Shown: in pieces, positions 45,655 to 54,424 of the stretch
How the letters are laid out: each line of letters opens with the position of its first letter
Position numbering within the stretch: position 1 is the stretch's first letter
Source: Acidimicrobiia bacterium
GTDB taxonomy: Bacteria > Actinomycetota > Acidimicrobiia > Spongiisociales > ZC4RG35
Length of the DNA: 64,000 nucleotides
Assembly (NCBI GenBank): GCA_050742015.1
Contig: JBOGEV010000012.1
Span: 326-64,325 of the forward strand
Direction of reading: 5' to 3'
The notes under the pieces: generated by a model
Database searches by the model: none
What the model was told of the DNA's origin: nothing
What the model saw: the letters and a program-made list of their open reading frames with translations, nothing else
Translations under genes and position numbers: made by a program

Positions 45655-46883
45655 CCGCGTTCCTCTGTGGCGAACACGGAAAGGTAGCCGGTGGTCCCCG
45701 GCTGGTACCAGGCCACCGGGAGCCGCCTCTCCCCAGGCAGCCATGCCTTCTCCGCATTGGCTGCGACCACGAGCCGGCCCGATTCCTCGACCCGGCCCTC
45801 GAGGGAGACGTCGGGCGGGAATATCGCCGACCACAGCCCGATAGGGGCCACCCGGCACACGCGGTCCATTAGCTCTACGACCACCTCGTACTCGCCGACC
45901 TGGTTGTCGCCGATTGCCAGCTCGACGCGAGCGGGAACTGGCTCGACCTGTACGACCGGGCGAAAGACCAGCAGAGGACCTTGGTGGACGACTTCAACAC
46001 CACCAGCCAGTGTCGCCGCCGACCGGGACCGACTCGCCACAGCCCAGACCTGCTCCAGCTCAGCCGCCGTTCCCCCATGTGGCGGGCGGACCCGGCTCAG
46101 GGACGACCGCAAGACCCGGTCCGCAACCGGTCGGGGCACGGCCAGGAGCGAGCCGAGAGGGACAGCCAGTGACGCGCCATCCTCCAACACCGGCACCGCA
46201 GCCGCTTCGGAGAGCAGGAATCTCTCGTCGGCCCCGATCAGGGACGCCGACCGGGCCAGGGATTCGACCAATCTCGGGTTGAAACGCGCCGAGAGGTCGG
46301 GGAGGACCTCGAGCCGGATCACATTGCGACGGAACCCTCGATCGAGATTCGTGGGGTCGTCGAAGTAGGGCAGGGCACCAAGGGTGGCCAGCTCCCTGGT
46401 CTCGGAGCGGGTCACCGGGAGGAGGGGGCGGACCAACGAGCCGGACCGGGGCGGTATGCCGGCCAGGCCACCGGGGCCGGCGCCCCGGAACAGGTTGATG
46501 AGGACCGTCTCCGCCTGATCGTCGAGGGTGTGGGCCGTCAGCAAGAGCTCCCCCGGGGTGAGGGTGGCGAAGAGTGCGCGGTATCGGGCGGTGCGCGCCT
46601 GGCCTTCCATCGATGCGCCTTCAGGGACCTCGATCTCGATGACCTCGAGATCGAGAGCCAGAACCTCCGCGACGGCGCGGGCCGCCGCCTCGAGCCGCGG
46701 GGAGGCAGGCAGACCGTGGTTGACGTGGATCGCCCGGAACTCTCGACCGAGATGGGTCAGCAAGAAGGCGAGGGCGGCCGAGTCCGCACCTCCGGACAGT
46801 GCCACGACCAGGTCGCCATCAGGAACCAGGAGCAGTTCGGAGAGCCTGCTCCTCAAGGCTCTCAGCCGACGCGTCTCAACCAT
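45636..46883 (-). CDS. tilS: tRNA(Ile)-lysidine synthase
   Basis: PP-loop VALSGGADSAAL. Start at the ATG at 46883. It has a long C-terminal extension. Confidence 0.85.
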   Translation of the reverse strand: MVETRRLRALRSRLSELLLVPDGDLVVALSGGADSAALAFLLTHLGREFRAIHVNHGLPASPRLEAAARAVAEVLALDLEVIEIEVPEGASMEGQARTARYRALFATLTPGELLLTAHTLDDQAETVLINLFRGAGPGGLAGIPPRSGSLVRPLLPVTRSETRELATLGALPYFDDPTNLDRGFRRNVIRLEVLPDLSARFNPRLVESLARSASLIGADERFLLSEAAAVPVLEDGASLAVPLGSLLAVPRPVADRVLRSSLSRVRPPHGGTAAELEQVWAVASRSRSAATLAGGVEVVHQGPLLVFRPVVQVEPVPARVELAIGDNQVGEYEVVVELMDRVCRVAPIGLWSAIFPPDVSLEGRVEESGRLVVAANAEKAWLPGERRLPVAWYQPGTTGYLSVFATEERGWTSSP

Positions 46884-47905
46884 CCCTCGGGGTTTCCGAT
46901 CTCCTCGAGAGTGGGGAGGCTGCCGACGCCGCGGAAGGCGTGCCCGACGGTCTCCCAACCTGCTTCCCGCTCAACGATCTCGATGAACCGCTCCCCCATT
47001 CGGTACTGGTTCATCTTCATCTCGAGCCCGGTGAGCCGGAAGAATGCGGCGGTTCTCTTGTCTTTGCGTCTGGCCTTCAGGACCTTGCTCATCCGGTCCT
47101 GGGTACGGAGATGCTGATGGCCGAGTCGGTCCATTACAACATGGCCGTGCCCTTCGAGCAGGGACATGAGGGCCTGCACCTTGTCGATGACCACGTGCTG
47201 CTCGGAGGAGGCGAACAACCCGAGGAGGCCCCGCTCGTCGATGACCGGGTCACCTGCGAAACGGCGGCGAGTCACCTCGTCGATGACCCGGTTCATCCGC
47301 CCCGGCTCAGGCCGGGAGTGCTCGACGAGCTCGCTCACCAGGCTCATGAAATACTCCCGCAACCAGGGGACGCCCTGGAACTGGGCCCTGTGGGTCAGCT
47401 CATGAAGGGCCACCCAGAACCTGAACTCTTCGGGCCGGAACTGGTGCACCCTCTCCAGCTGCATGATGTTGGGGCCGACGAAGGCGACCACGTCGGCGTC
47501 CTCTCCGGTGGGCAGGACCAGCTCGTATTGGCCGAGCACCCGGCGGGCGATGACCCCGAGGATTGCGGTCATCTCCGCCTGCATCATCCTGTTGGTGAAC
47601 GAAGCCACACCTTTGGCTCCCGGGCCGGATGTCTCGATCTTCTCCAGGAGCTGACGCTGGACCGGCTCCATGAGGTGGGTGAAGCTGGCCACGTTGCGCT
47701 CGATCCACTCCGCCCTGTCGATGACGATGGTGGTCGGCTGGCCGGGGAGCGTCAGTCCGGTGGCGGCGGGGACGAGCTCGGAGACACGGTTGGTGAGACG
47801 GGCCATGTCGGTCTCGAGGGCCGATCGGTGATACGTCTCGGCGAGGGGGTAGGTCCCCGCAATCCTTCCGGCGAGACGACCCGAACCGGATCGGCTGGAA
47901 GTCAC
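46862..47905 (-). CDS. Zinc-dependent metalloprotease (DUF2342 family)
   Basis: HExxH motif in WVALHELTHRAQF. Its position upstream of tilS/hpt matches other actinobacteria. GTGA overlap with the upstream gene. Confidence 0.75.
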   Translation of the reverse strand: MTSSRSGSGRLAGRIAGTYPLAETYHRSALETDMARLTNRVSELVPAATGLTLPGQPTTIVIDRAEWIERNVASFTHLMEPVQRQLLEKIETSGPGAKGVASFTNRMMQAEMTAILGVIARRVLGQYELVLPTGEDADVVAFVGPNIMQLERVHQFRPEEFRFWVALHELTHRAQFQGVPWLREYFMSLVSELVEHSRPEPGRMNRVIDEVTRRRFAGDPVIDERGLLGLFASSEQHVVIDKVQALMSLLEGHGHVVMDRLGHQHLRTQDRMSKVLKARRKDKRTAAFFRLTGLEMKMNQYRMGERFIEIVEREAGWETVGHAFRGVGSLPTLEEIGNPEGWLRRVG

Positions 47906-48219
47906 TCTTTGACGATTCGGTACCGCTTGCGGACCACCCGGGTGAAGTACTGGATCGACGTGACGACGATCACCAGGACTGCGAGGACGATCCCGGTCGG
48001 GATCATGTAGCGGTAGGTCCAGTCGGGCAGCGTCTCGGCCGTCTCCGGGGTGGTGACCGGCACGGCCGGCTCGACGTCGGATGTCGGCGCCGGCTCCTCG
48101 GCCACCGTGGTCGAGGTGGCCTCTTCGGTGTCCTCGGTACCCAGCGCCGGAGCGATGGTGAGCGCGGTGTAGGCGCCGACCAGACAGAGGAGTGTTGCGA
48201 TGCGGCTGAATCGCTTCAT
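47902..48219 (-). CDS. Small exported/membrane-anchored protein
   Basis: Signal peptide (MKRFSRIATLLCLVGAYTALTIAPALG), acidic Thr/Pro-rich middle and a C-terminal TM helix. 105 aa. Confidence 0.6.
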   Translation of the reverse strand: MKRFSRIATLLCLVGAYTALTIAPALGTEDTEEATSTTVAEEPAPTSDVEPAVPVTTPETAETLPDWTYRYMIPTGIVLAVLVIVVTSIQYFTRVVRKRYRIVKE

Positions 48220-48265
48220 CTGACGCGCAGACTACCCAGGGTCACGGGTAGTAGCCAAGGTCACT

Positions 48266-48281
48266 AGAGCACTAGTGCTCT
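48266..48281. terminator. 16-bp perfect palindrome AGAGCACTAGTGCTCT spanning the rsrA stop codon
   Basis: Read directly. It is centred on CTAG, and the rsrA stop TAG (48274..48272) is in the loop. Confidence 0.35.
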
Positions 48282-48514
48282 GCGGCCTCTCGGGCCAGTG
48301 CATCGCGGAGACGATTCAGGAACTCGGGGGGAACGTCTTCGGAGAGGCGCTCGCGGACGACGACCTTGAGCCGGGCCTCGAAGTCGAAGCTGCGCAGACA
48401 ACCCGAACAGTCTTCGAGATGAGCCCGGATCACCTCGTATGTGGTTGTCTCGATCTCCTTGTCGAGATACTGGTAGAGGTTGGTCAAAGCGTCATCGCAC
48501 TCGTGGCCGCTCAT
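48272..48514 (-). CDS. rsrA: Anti-sigma factor, ZAS family (RsrA/RshA-like)
   Basis: 80 aa with an H-x3-C-x2-C motif (HLEDCSGC) plus the upstream Cys. Start overlaps the sigma factor stop. Confidence 0.85.
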   Translation of the reverse strand: MSGHECDDALTNLYQYLDKEIETTTYEVIRAHLEDCSGCLRSFDFEARLKVVVRERLSEDVPPEFLNRLRDALAREAAEH

Positions 48515-49089
48515 GGTCGCTCCGCGCCTTCAGGTACCAGGCCTCGTTTCATTGCGTACTCCCACAACGATTTCTGCATCGCCTTTCTTCCCCGATGGAG
48601 CCGGGACATGACTGTGCCGATCGGAATGTCCAGGATCTCTGCGATTTCCTTGTATGAGAATCCTTCGAGGTCGGCGAGGAGGACGGGGAGCCTAAAGTTC
48701 TCGGGAAGGTCCTCAACCGCCTCCTTGATGTCGGACTCGACCAAGCCTTCGAGGACCAGGTCCTCGGTGGTGCGGGCGGCCTCGGCCGACTCCTCGGACC
48801 CGATGTTTCGATAAAGGTAGAGGTCTTCGACGGAGCCGAGATCGACCTCGGAGGGACGACGGGAGTCCTTGCGGTACTTGTTGATGTAGGTGTTGGTGAG
48901 GATCCGGTAGAGCCAGGCCTTGAGGTTGGTCCCCTCCTCGAAGGTGTGATACGCCCGGTACGCCTTGAGAAATGTCTCCTGGACCAGGTCCTCGGCATCG
49001 GACGGGTTCCGGGTCATCCGCATGGCCGCGCTGTACAGCTGGCGGGTGAACTGCATCGCGTCGCGTTCGAAGTTGGCCTGGTCAGCCAT
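48511..49089 (-). CDS. sigH: ECF sigma factor (SigH/SigR-type)
   Basis: Region 2 ([14 protein letters not shown]) and region 4 ([25 protein letters not shown]). Paired with the ZAS anti-sigma factor. Confidence 0.9.
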   Translation of the reverse strand: MADQANFERDAMQFTRQLYSAAMRMTRNPSDAEDLVQETFLKAYRAYHTFEEGTNLKAWLYRILTNTYINKYRKDSRRPSEVDLGSVEDLYLYRNIGSEESAEAARTTEDLVLEGLVESDIKEAVEDLPENFRLPVLLADLEGFSYKEIAEILDIPIGTVMSRLHRGRKAMQKSLWEYAMKRGLVPEGAERP

Positions 49090-49134
49090 GGGCGAGACGG
49101 TACAGGGTGGGCGGTCAAAGACCTAGACCGGGCG

Positions 49135-49744
49135 TCACGGGGCCCGGGGAAGGGCCAGGAGGACGACGACCCCGGCGACGAGCCCGATCACGGCGACCGA
49201 GAACATGACCCACTGGTTGGCCTCGCCGGTGAGCTTGGTGCTGATGGATGCGAAGAAGAGCACTGTGGCGAACAGCACCGTCGTCACCACGTAGTCGCTG
49301 GCCCACTCCGTGGCTTCGCGGGCAGCGATGGTCCGGGCCTCAGCCGCCTCCGCCAGTTCTTGGGTAGCCAGGGCCGCAAGCACCACATACTCCTCCATCA
49401 CGAACGGCGACACAGGGGCGTCCGGGTTCTCGAACGGGTCCTCTGCCAGCCAGGCGTCGGTCGCGACCCGGAGCCGATCCGGAAAACCGCCATAGATGAA
49501 GTTCGCCGTGGCGCTGTCGCCACTGGTCTCGGCGTCGAGCCAGCGAGGAACACCGCCAGGTCGACCGATGTCGCCTGTCGTGCCTCGTTGGAGGACCGAA
49601 CCGACTCGGTCTGGTAATCCGCGGCCTCCCCGTAGCTGTCGCCTGTTCCGCCTACCACTGGGCACTTTGGAACCCGGACCAGGCAGTGAAGATGGCGGTC
49701 AGGGACATGACGACGACCGAGAGCAACTCGAAGCTCCTCGTCAT
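49135..49744 (-). pseudogene. Membrane protein gene interrupted by two apparent -1 frameshifts
   Basis: Three consecutive frames each carry a protein-like piece. First: MTRSFELLSVVVMSLTAIFTAWSGFQSAQW (stop at 49654..49652). Second: VGGTGDSYGEAADYQTESVRSSNEARQATSVDLAVFLA. Third: WLDAETSGDSATANFIYGGFPDR...TM-TM end. The shifts lie near 49655 and 49542. Confidence 0.55.
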
Positions 49745-49826
49745 ACAGCGCCGGGCCTTGAACACGAGGATCTCAGGGGTGGGCGAGGGATTCTTTGGCC
49801 GGCCGGTCACCGCCGGGAAGTTACAG

Positions 49827-49898
49827 AGCCGGAGAGGGGAGTCGAACCCCTGGCCTACGCATTACGAGTGCGTTGCTCTACCACTGAGCTACTCCGGC
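49827..49898 (-). tRNA. tRNA-Thr (anticodon CGU)
   Basis: Cloverleaf folded by hand from GCCGGAGTAGCTCAGTGGTAGAGCAACGCACTCGTAATGCGTAGGCCAGGGGTTCGACTCCCCTCTCCGGCT. Anticodon loop CT-CGT-AA, T-loop TTCGACT. Confidence 0.95.
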
Positions 49899-50106
49899 GG
49901 AAGGTCCAATGGTAAATGGCCGGCTTGCACTGAGCCAGACCCCTTCGCCTGACCCATTGACGGTGGTGGTTAGCCGGATGCTGGCTGCTACTTGCCCGTC
50001 CCAACCGGTGAAGGCAGATAGAAGCACTGATCGCTGGTCACGTTGCAGGTCGACCAGGATCATCGCCTCGCCGATCTCCCCCTTGGCGTTGGTCTTCCCC
50101 ATCTCT

Positions 50107-50136
50107 CCCTCACCCCGAAGGTATTGGGGGCGAGGG
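50107..50136 (-). terminator. Hairpin downstream of holB
   Basis: Minus-strand CCCUCGCCCC-AAUACCUUC-GGGGUGAGGG (10 pairs including one G-U), starting 8 nt after the holB stop. No U-tract. Confidence 0.45.
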
Positions 50137-50143
50137 ACAGAAA

Positions 50144-51181
50144 TCAGGTCTCGGAGCCGAGACCGGCGAACAGGTTGGCCAGGACCAGCTCCCGGCGGAG
50201 ATTGGCCTGGATGTCGACCACGGCGTCGAGGATCTTCTCCGCGGAGGCCACGGCCTTTCTCGGGCTGACGTCGGTGAACGACCCCAACGCCAGGTCGGTG
50301 TTGCGCACCGGCCCCCCCATCTGCAATGAAGCCGAGTCGGTGTACCACGAGGCGAGGATCTCTAGACCATTGACGAGCAGGGACTGCTCGGCGCGGCGCC
50401 GGGCACGCTGCAGCGCCTCTTTGGGCATGTCCTCCGACACCGACTGATCGACGAGTGGCGTTATCTCCGCCAGGACACCCGAGGCCAACCGCTGGCCATC
50501 CCCGGGGTGGGGTGTCACCTGGGCCGGGATCGCCAGCCACATCTCACGGAAGCGGGAGACCTCGGGCTGGCCCATCAGCGCCAGCGCCAAGCCGGGTCGA
50601 CCGCCGGATACGATGGCCACCCCCTCGGCGGCTGCTCGATCCATTCCCTGACTCTCCAGGGCCGCCACCATCGTCTCCAGAGGCACCCGACCGACATGGA
50701 TGGTTCGGCATCGTGAGGCCACCGTGGCCGGGAAGTCGTCCTCGGACTCAGCCACGAGAAGGAACACCACCGATGCGGTCGGCTCCTCCAATGTCTTGAG
50801 CAGGGCGTTGGCAGCCTGCTCGGTCATCGTCCCAGCCTCCGGGAACAGGAAGATCGATCTGTCGGACTCGACCGGGCGCAACGACGCCCTCGTCACCACG
50901 GCCCGCGCCTGATCTACCCCGAGACTGGTCGCCCCCTCCGGCTCGATGACCGTCACGTCGGGATGCACCCCGGTCCTGACCAAACGACAGGAGCGGCACT
51001 CGACGTCGTGCTCACCGTGCTCGGCACAGAGCAGGGCGGCGGCAAAACGGACCGCCAGTGTCCCCTTACCCACCGAGTCGGGCCCGGTGAACAGATAGGC
51101 CTGGGCCGGGACCGACACCTCGCGCCGGAGCAGTTCGACCACCCGGTCGTGACCGATCACCCCGCCGAACCGATCGCTCAT
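50144..51181 (-). CDS. holB: DNA polymerase III subunit delta'
   Basis: AAA+ clamp-loader pattern (AYLFTGPDSVGKGTLA; C-x-C zinc module CRSCRL). ATGA overlap with tmk. Confidence 0.85.
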   Translation of the reverse strand: MSDRFGGVIGHDRVVELLRREVSVPAQAYLFTGPDSVGKGTLAVRFAAALLCAEHGEHDVECRSCRLVRTGVHPDVTVIEPEGATSLGVDQARAVVTRASLRPVESDRSIFLFPEAGTMTEQAANALLKTLEEPTASVVFLLVAESEDDFPATVASRCRTIHVGRVPLETMVAALESQGMDRAAAEGVAIVSGGRPGLALALMGQPEVSRFREMWLAIPAQVTPHPGDGQRLASGVLAEITPLVDQSVSEDMPKEALQRARRRAEQSLLVNGLEILASWYTDSASLQMGGPVRNTDLALGSFTDVSPRKAVASAEKILDAVVDIQANLRRELVLANLFAGLGSET

Positions 51182-51837
51182 CGGCCCAATACCCCCATCA
51201 CCTGATCAACGAGGTCCTCCACCGGCTCCCCCCCGTCGAGCAAGGTCACACGATCGGGCTCGTGAGTGGCCAGGTCGCGGTACGCCGACCTCACCGCCTC
51301 CTGGAACGCCACGCTCTCGCCCCCGATCCGGTCCGGGCGATGCTGGCGGCCCAAAGCTGTCCCCGGGTCGACGTCGATCACGAACACCCGGGCCGGCACG
51401 ACGCCATCGAGCCCGATCTCATTGATCTCACGCACCTTCTCCTCCCCCAGGCCCCGGGCCCTCCCCTGATAGGCGATCGATGAGTACAGAGTGCGGTCAC
51501 TGATGACCCACGCCCCGCGATCGAGCGCGGGCGCCAGGACGTCGCGGGCGAGTTGGGCTCGCTGGGCGGCAAACAGGAACACCTCGGCCCAAGGATCGAC
51601 CTGGTCGGAGTCGAGCAATAGCTCGCGGACAGTCTCCCCGAGTGGTGTCCCGCCCGGCTCGCGAACCTCGACCACCTCATCGCCCTCGGAGCGCAGTCTG
51701 ACCGCCAGCGCGGCCGACAGAGTCGTCTTGCCACTCCCATCGCCACCTTCGAGCGCAATATATCGGTGGTTCCGGGACCCGTTTCCTGCCACGGGACAGA
51801 CGGTAACGGACGAGACGTATTGACATAAGGCGGTCAA
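51178..51837 (-). CDS. tmk: dTMP (thymidylate) kinase
   Basis: P-loop YIALEGGDGSGKTT and the DRTLYSSIAYQG motif. Start is uncertain (TTG 51837 or GTG 51792). Confidence 0.85.
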   Translation of the reverse strand: MTALCQYVSSVTVCPVAGNGSRNHRYIALEGGDGSGKTTLSAALAVRLRSEGDEVVEVREPGGTPLGETVRELLLDSDQVDPWAEVFLFAAQRAQLARDVLAPALDRGAWVISDRTLYSSIAYQGRARGLGEEKVREINEIGLDGVVPARVFVIDVDPGTALGRQHRPDRIGGESVAFQEAVRSAYRDLATHEPDRVTLLDGGEPVEDLVDQVMGVLGR

Positions 51838-51859
51838 ATGAAGTCAACTCTCCACACCC

Positions 51860-54424
51860 ATGCCTAAAACTCTGGTCATTGTCGAGTCGCCCACCAAGGC
51901 TCGAACCATCTCCGGATTCCTCGGTCCGGACGTGGCCGTCGAGTCCTCTATGGGACACATCCGCGATCTGCCCCGGTCGGCCGCGGAGATACCGGCGAAG
52001 GCGAAGGGCGAGGACTGGGCACGTCTCGGAGTCAATGTAGACAAGAACTTCGAGCCCCTGTACGTGGTGCCCAAGGAGCGCCGGGACCGGGTCAAGATGC
52101 TGAAGAAGCTGCTGGCCGATGTCGACGAGCTCTACCTCGCAACTGACGAGGATCGCGAGGGCGAGTCGATCGCCTGGCACCTCACCGAGGCCCTCAAACC
52201 CAAGGTCCCCGTGCACCGCATGGTGTTTCACGAGATCACACAGCACGCCATCGAGGATGCCTTCGCCAGCCCTCGCGATCTCGACCTGCGTCTGGTCCGG
52301 GCCCAGGAGGCGCGGCGGATCCTCGACCGGCTCTACGGGTACGAAGTGTCCCCGGTTCTGTGGCGCAAGGTGCAGCAAGGCCTGTCCGCCGGGAGGGTCC
52401 AGAGTGTCGCGATCCGCATCGTCGTGGAGCGGGAGCGGGAGCGCATGGCGTTCAGCTCCGCCTCCTACTGGAGTATCGAAGGCACTTTCGCCCCGGCAGC
52501 CGACCTGGACAAGACCTTCGAAGCGACTCTCCTCCAGGTCGACGAGCAGCGGGTGGCAACGGGCAAGGAGTTCGACGCCAACGGCAAGCCCAAGGAAGGC
52601 GTGCTCGTTCTCGACCAGGCAGAGGCGACGAGTCTTGCCGAAGCTCTTCTGGATCGCCCGTTCCAGGTGCAATCGGTGGAGGAGAAGCCCTACAAGCGGT
52701 CCCCATATCCCCCGTTCCGCACGTCCACACTTCAACAGGAAGCGGGCCGAAAGCTCCGCTTCTCCTCATCACGGACCATGTCGGTGGCCCAGCGTCTCTA
52801 CGAGAACGGCTACATCACATACATGCGGACCGACTCCACATCCCTGGCCGACAGTGCCGTGGCCTCGGCCCGCTCTCAGATCACCAAGCTCTACGGCGAT
52901 CAGTATCTCTCGCCCAAACCACGGGTGTACGCCTCGAAGGTGAAAGGGGCGCAGGAGGCGCACGAGGCGATCCGCCCCGCCGGAGACGAAACGTTCCAGA
53001 CCCCGGAGCAGGTGGCGACCGCTGTCGGGCCCGACGAGGCCCGTCTCTACGATCTGATCTGGAAGCGCACAATCGCCTCGCAGATGGCCGATGCGGTCGG
53101 GTTCACCGTTTCGGCCCGCCTCGGCGCCGAGACCGGCGACAGACGCAAGGCGGTGTTCAACACCAGCGGGCGGACCATCACCTTCCCGGGATTTCTCCGG
53201 GCTTACGTCCAAGGCTCCGACGATCCCGAGACCGAGCTCGACGACAAGGAGAGGATTCTGCCCCCGCTGGCCCAAGGCGACTCCCTGGGCGTGCAGCGTC
53301 TGGAGCCGACAGGACATGAGACCCGCCCACCGGCCCGCTACACCGAGGCGTCACTCGTCCAGCGTCTGGAAGAACTGGGTGTCGGTCGCCCCTCCACCTA
53401 TGCCTCGATCATGACCACCATCCAGGACCGGGGGTACGTGTGGAAGAAGGGCACCGCCCTGGTCCCGACCTTCACCGCATTCGGGGTGGTCGCTCTCCTC
53501 GAGAAGCACTTCCCCCAGCTCGTCGACTACAGCTTCACCGCATCGATGGAGGACGATCTCGACCGGATCGCAGCCGGCGAGGAGGAATCCGTCCCCTGGC
53601 TCACCCATTTCTACTTCGGAGACGACGGCCTAAAGCACAAGGTCGCGGCCCGCCTCGACGAGATCGATCCCCGGGCCGTGGGCTCGATCCCAATCGGGGT
53701 CGACGAGGCCGGGACCGATGTCGTGGCGCGGATCGGACGCTACGGCCCTTATGTCGAGATCGGCGAGGAGAGGGCTTCGATCCCCGAAGACCTGGCCCCG
53801 GACGAGCTCACCGTGGAGAAGGCTGTCGAGTTGATCCAGACCCAGAACGTTGGCGACAAGATCTTCGGTAGCGATCCCGACACCGGGCTCACCGTGTACG
53901 GCAAAACCGGCAGGTTCGGGCCTTATGTCCAGCTCGGTGAGGTCGAAGAGGGAAGCAAGGAGAAGCCGAAGCGGGCTTCCTTGTTCTCGACCATGTCCCT
54001 CGATGAGCTGTCGTTGGACAGTGCTTTGCAATTGCTCTCACTGCCCCGCACCGTGGGCAACGACCCCGACGGCGTGGAGATCACTGCCCTGAACGGGCGC
54101 TACGGGCCGTACATCCAACGAGGCACCGACCGTCGCAGCCTGGAGAGTGAGGATCAGATCTTCAGCCTCACCGTCGACGAGGCCATGAAGCTGCTCGCCG
54201 AGCCGCCACGGCGTAGAGGGCAGCGGGCAACCGGGCCGTTGAAGGAGTTGGGCGATGACCCGGTGAGCGGGAAGCCGGTCACCGTGCGCACCGGTCGTTA
54301 CGGCCCGTATGTGACCGACGGCGAAGTCAACGCCTCGCTGCGTCAAGGCGACACCCCCGAGACGATCACGATCGAGCGAGCCGCCGAGCTGTTGGCGGCC
54401 CGACGAGAACGGGTGGGTAGGTAG
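51860..54424 (+). CDS. topA: DNA topoisomerase I
   Basis: TOPRIM start LVIVESPTKARTI and active-site region YITYMRTDS. The C-terminal repeats are of the GRYGPYV type (actinobacterial, Cys-less). 854 aa. Confidence 0.95.
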   Translation: MPKTLVIVESPTKARTISGFLGPDVAVESSMGHIRDLPRSAAEIPAKAKGEDWARLGVNVDKNFEPLYVVPKERRDRVKMLKKLLADVDELYLATDEDREGESIAWHLTEALKPKVPVHRMVFHEITQHAIEDAFASPRDLDLRLVRAQEARRILDRLYGYEVSPVLWRKVQQGLSAGRVQSVAIRIVVERERERMAFSSASYWSIEGTFAPAADLDKTFEATLLQVDEQRVATGKEFDANGKPKEGVLVLDQAEATSLAEALLDRPFQVQSVEEKPYKRSPYPPFRTSTLQQEAGRKLRFSSSRTMSVAQRLYENGYITYMRTDSTSLADSAVASARSQITKLYGDQYLSPKPRVYASKVKGAQEAHEAIRPAGDETFQTPEQVATAVGPDEARLYDLIWKRTIASQMADAVGFTVSARLGAETGDRRKAVFNTSGRTITFPGFLRAYVQGSDDPETELDDKERILPPLAQGDSLGVQRLEPTGHETRPPARYTEASLVQRLEELGVGRPSTYASIMTTIQDRGYVWKKGTALVPTFTAFGVVALLEKHFPQLVDYSFTASMEDDLDRIAAGEEESVPWLTHFYFGDDGLKHKVAARLDEIDPRAVGSIPIGVDEAGTDVVARIGRYGPYVEIGEERASIPEDLAPDELTVEKAVELIQTQNVGDKIFGSDPDTGLTVYGKTGRFGPYVQLGEVEEGSKEKPKRASLFSTMSLDELSLDSALQLLSLPRTVGNDPDGVEITALNGRYGPYIQRGTDRRSLESEDQIFSLTVDEAMKLLAEPPRRRGQRATGPLKELGDDPVSGKPVTVRTGRYGPYVTDGEVNASLRQGDTPETITIERAAELLAARRERVGR

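Noticed and set aside
49878-50102. Small minus-strand ORF MGKTNAKGEIGEAMILVDLQRDQ... between holB and tRNA-Thr (part of ORF 49878..50540)
   Set aside because: Its 3' end runs 20 nt into the tRNA gene and stops in the D-loop. Codon bias decays after about 20 codons. It is probably non-coding or a remnant.
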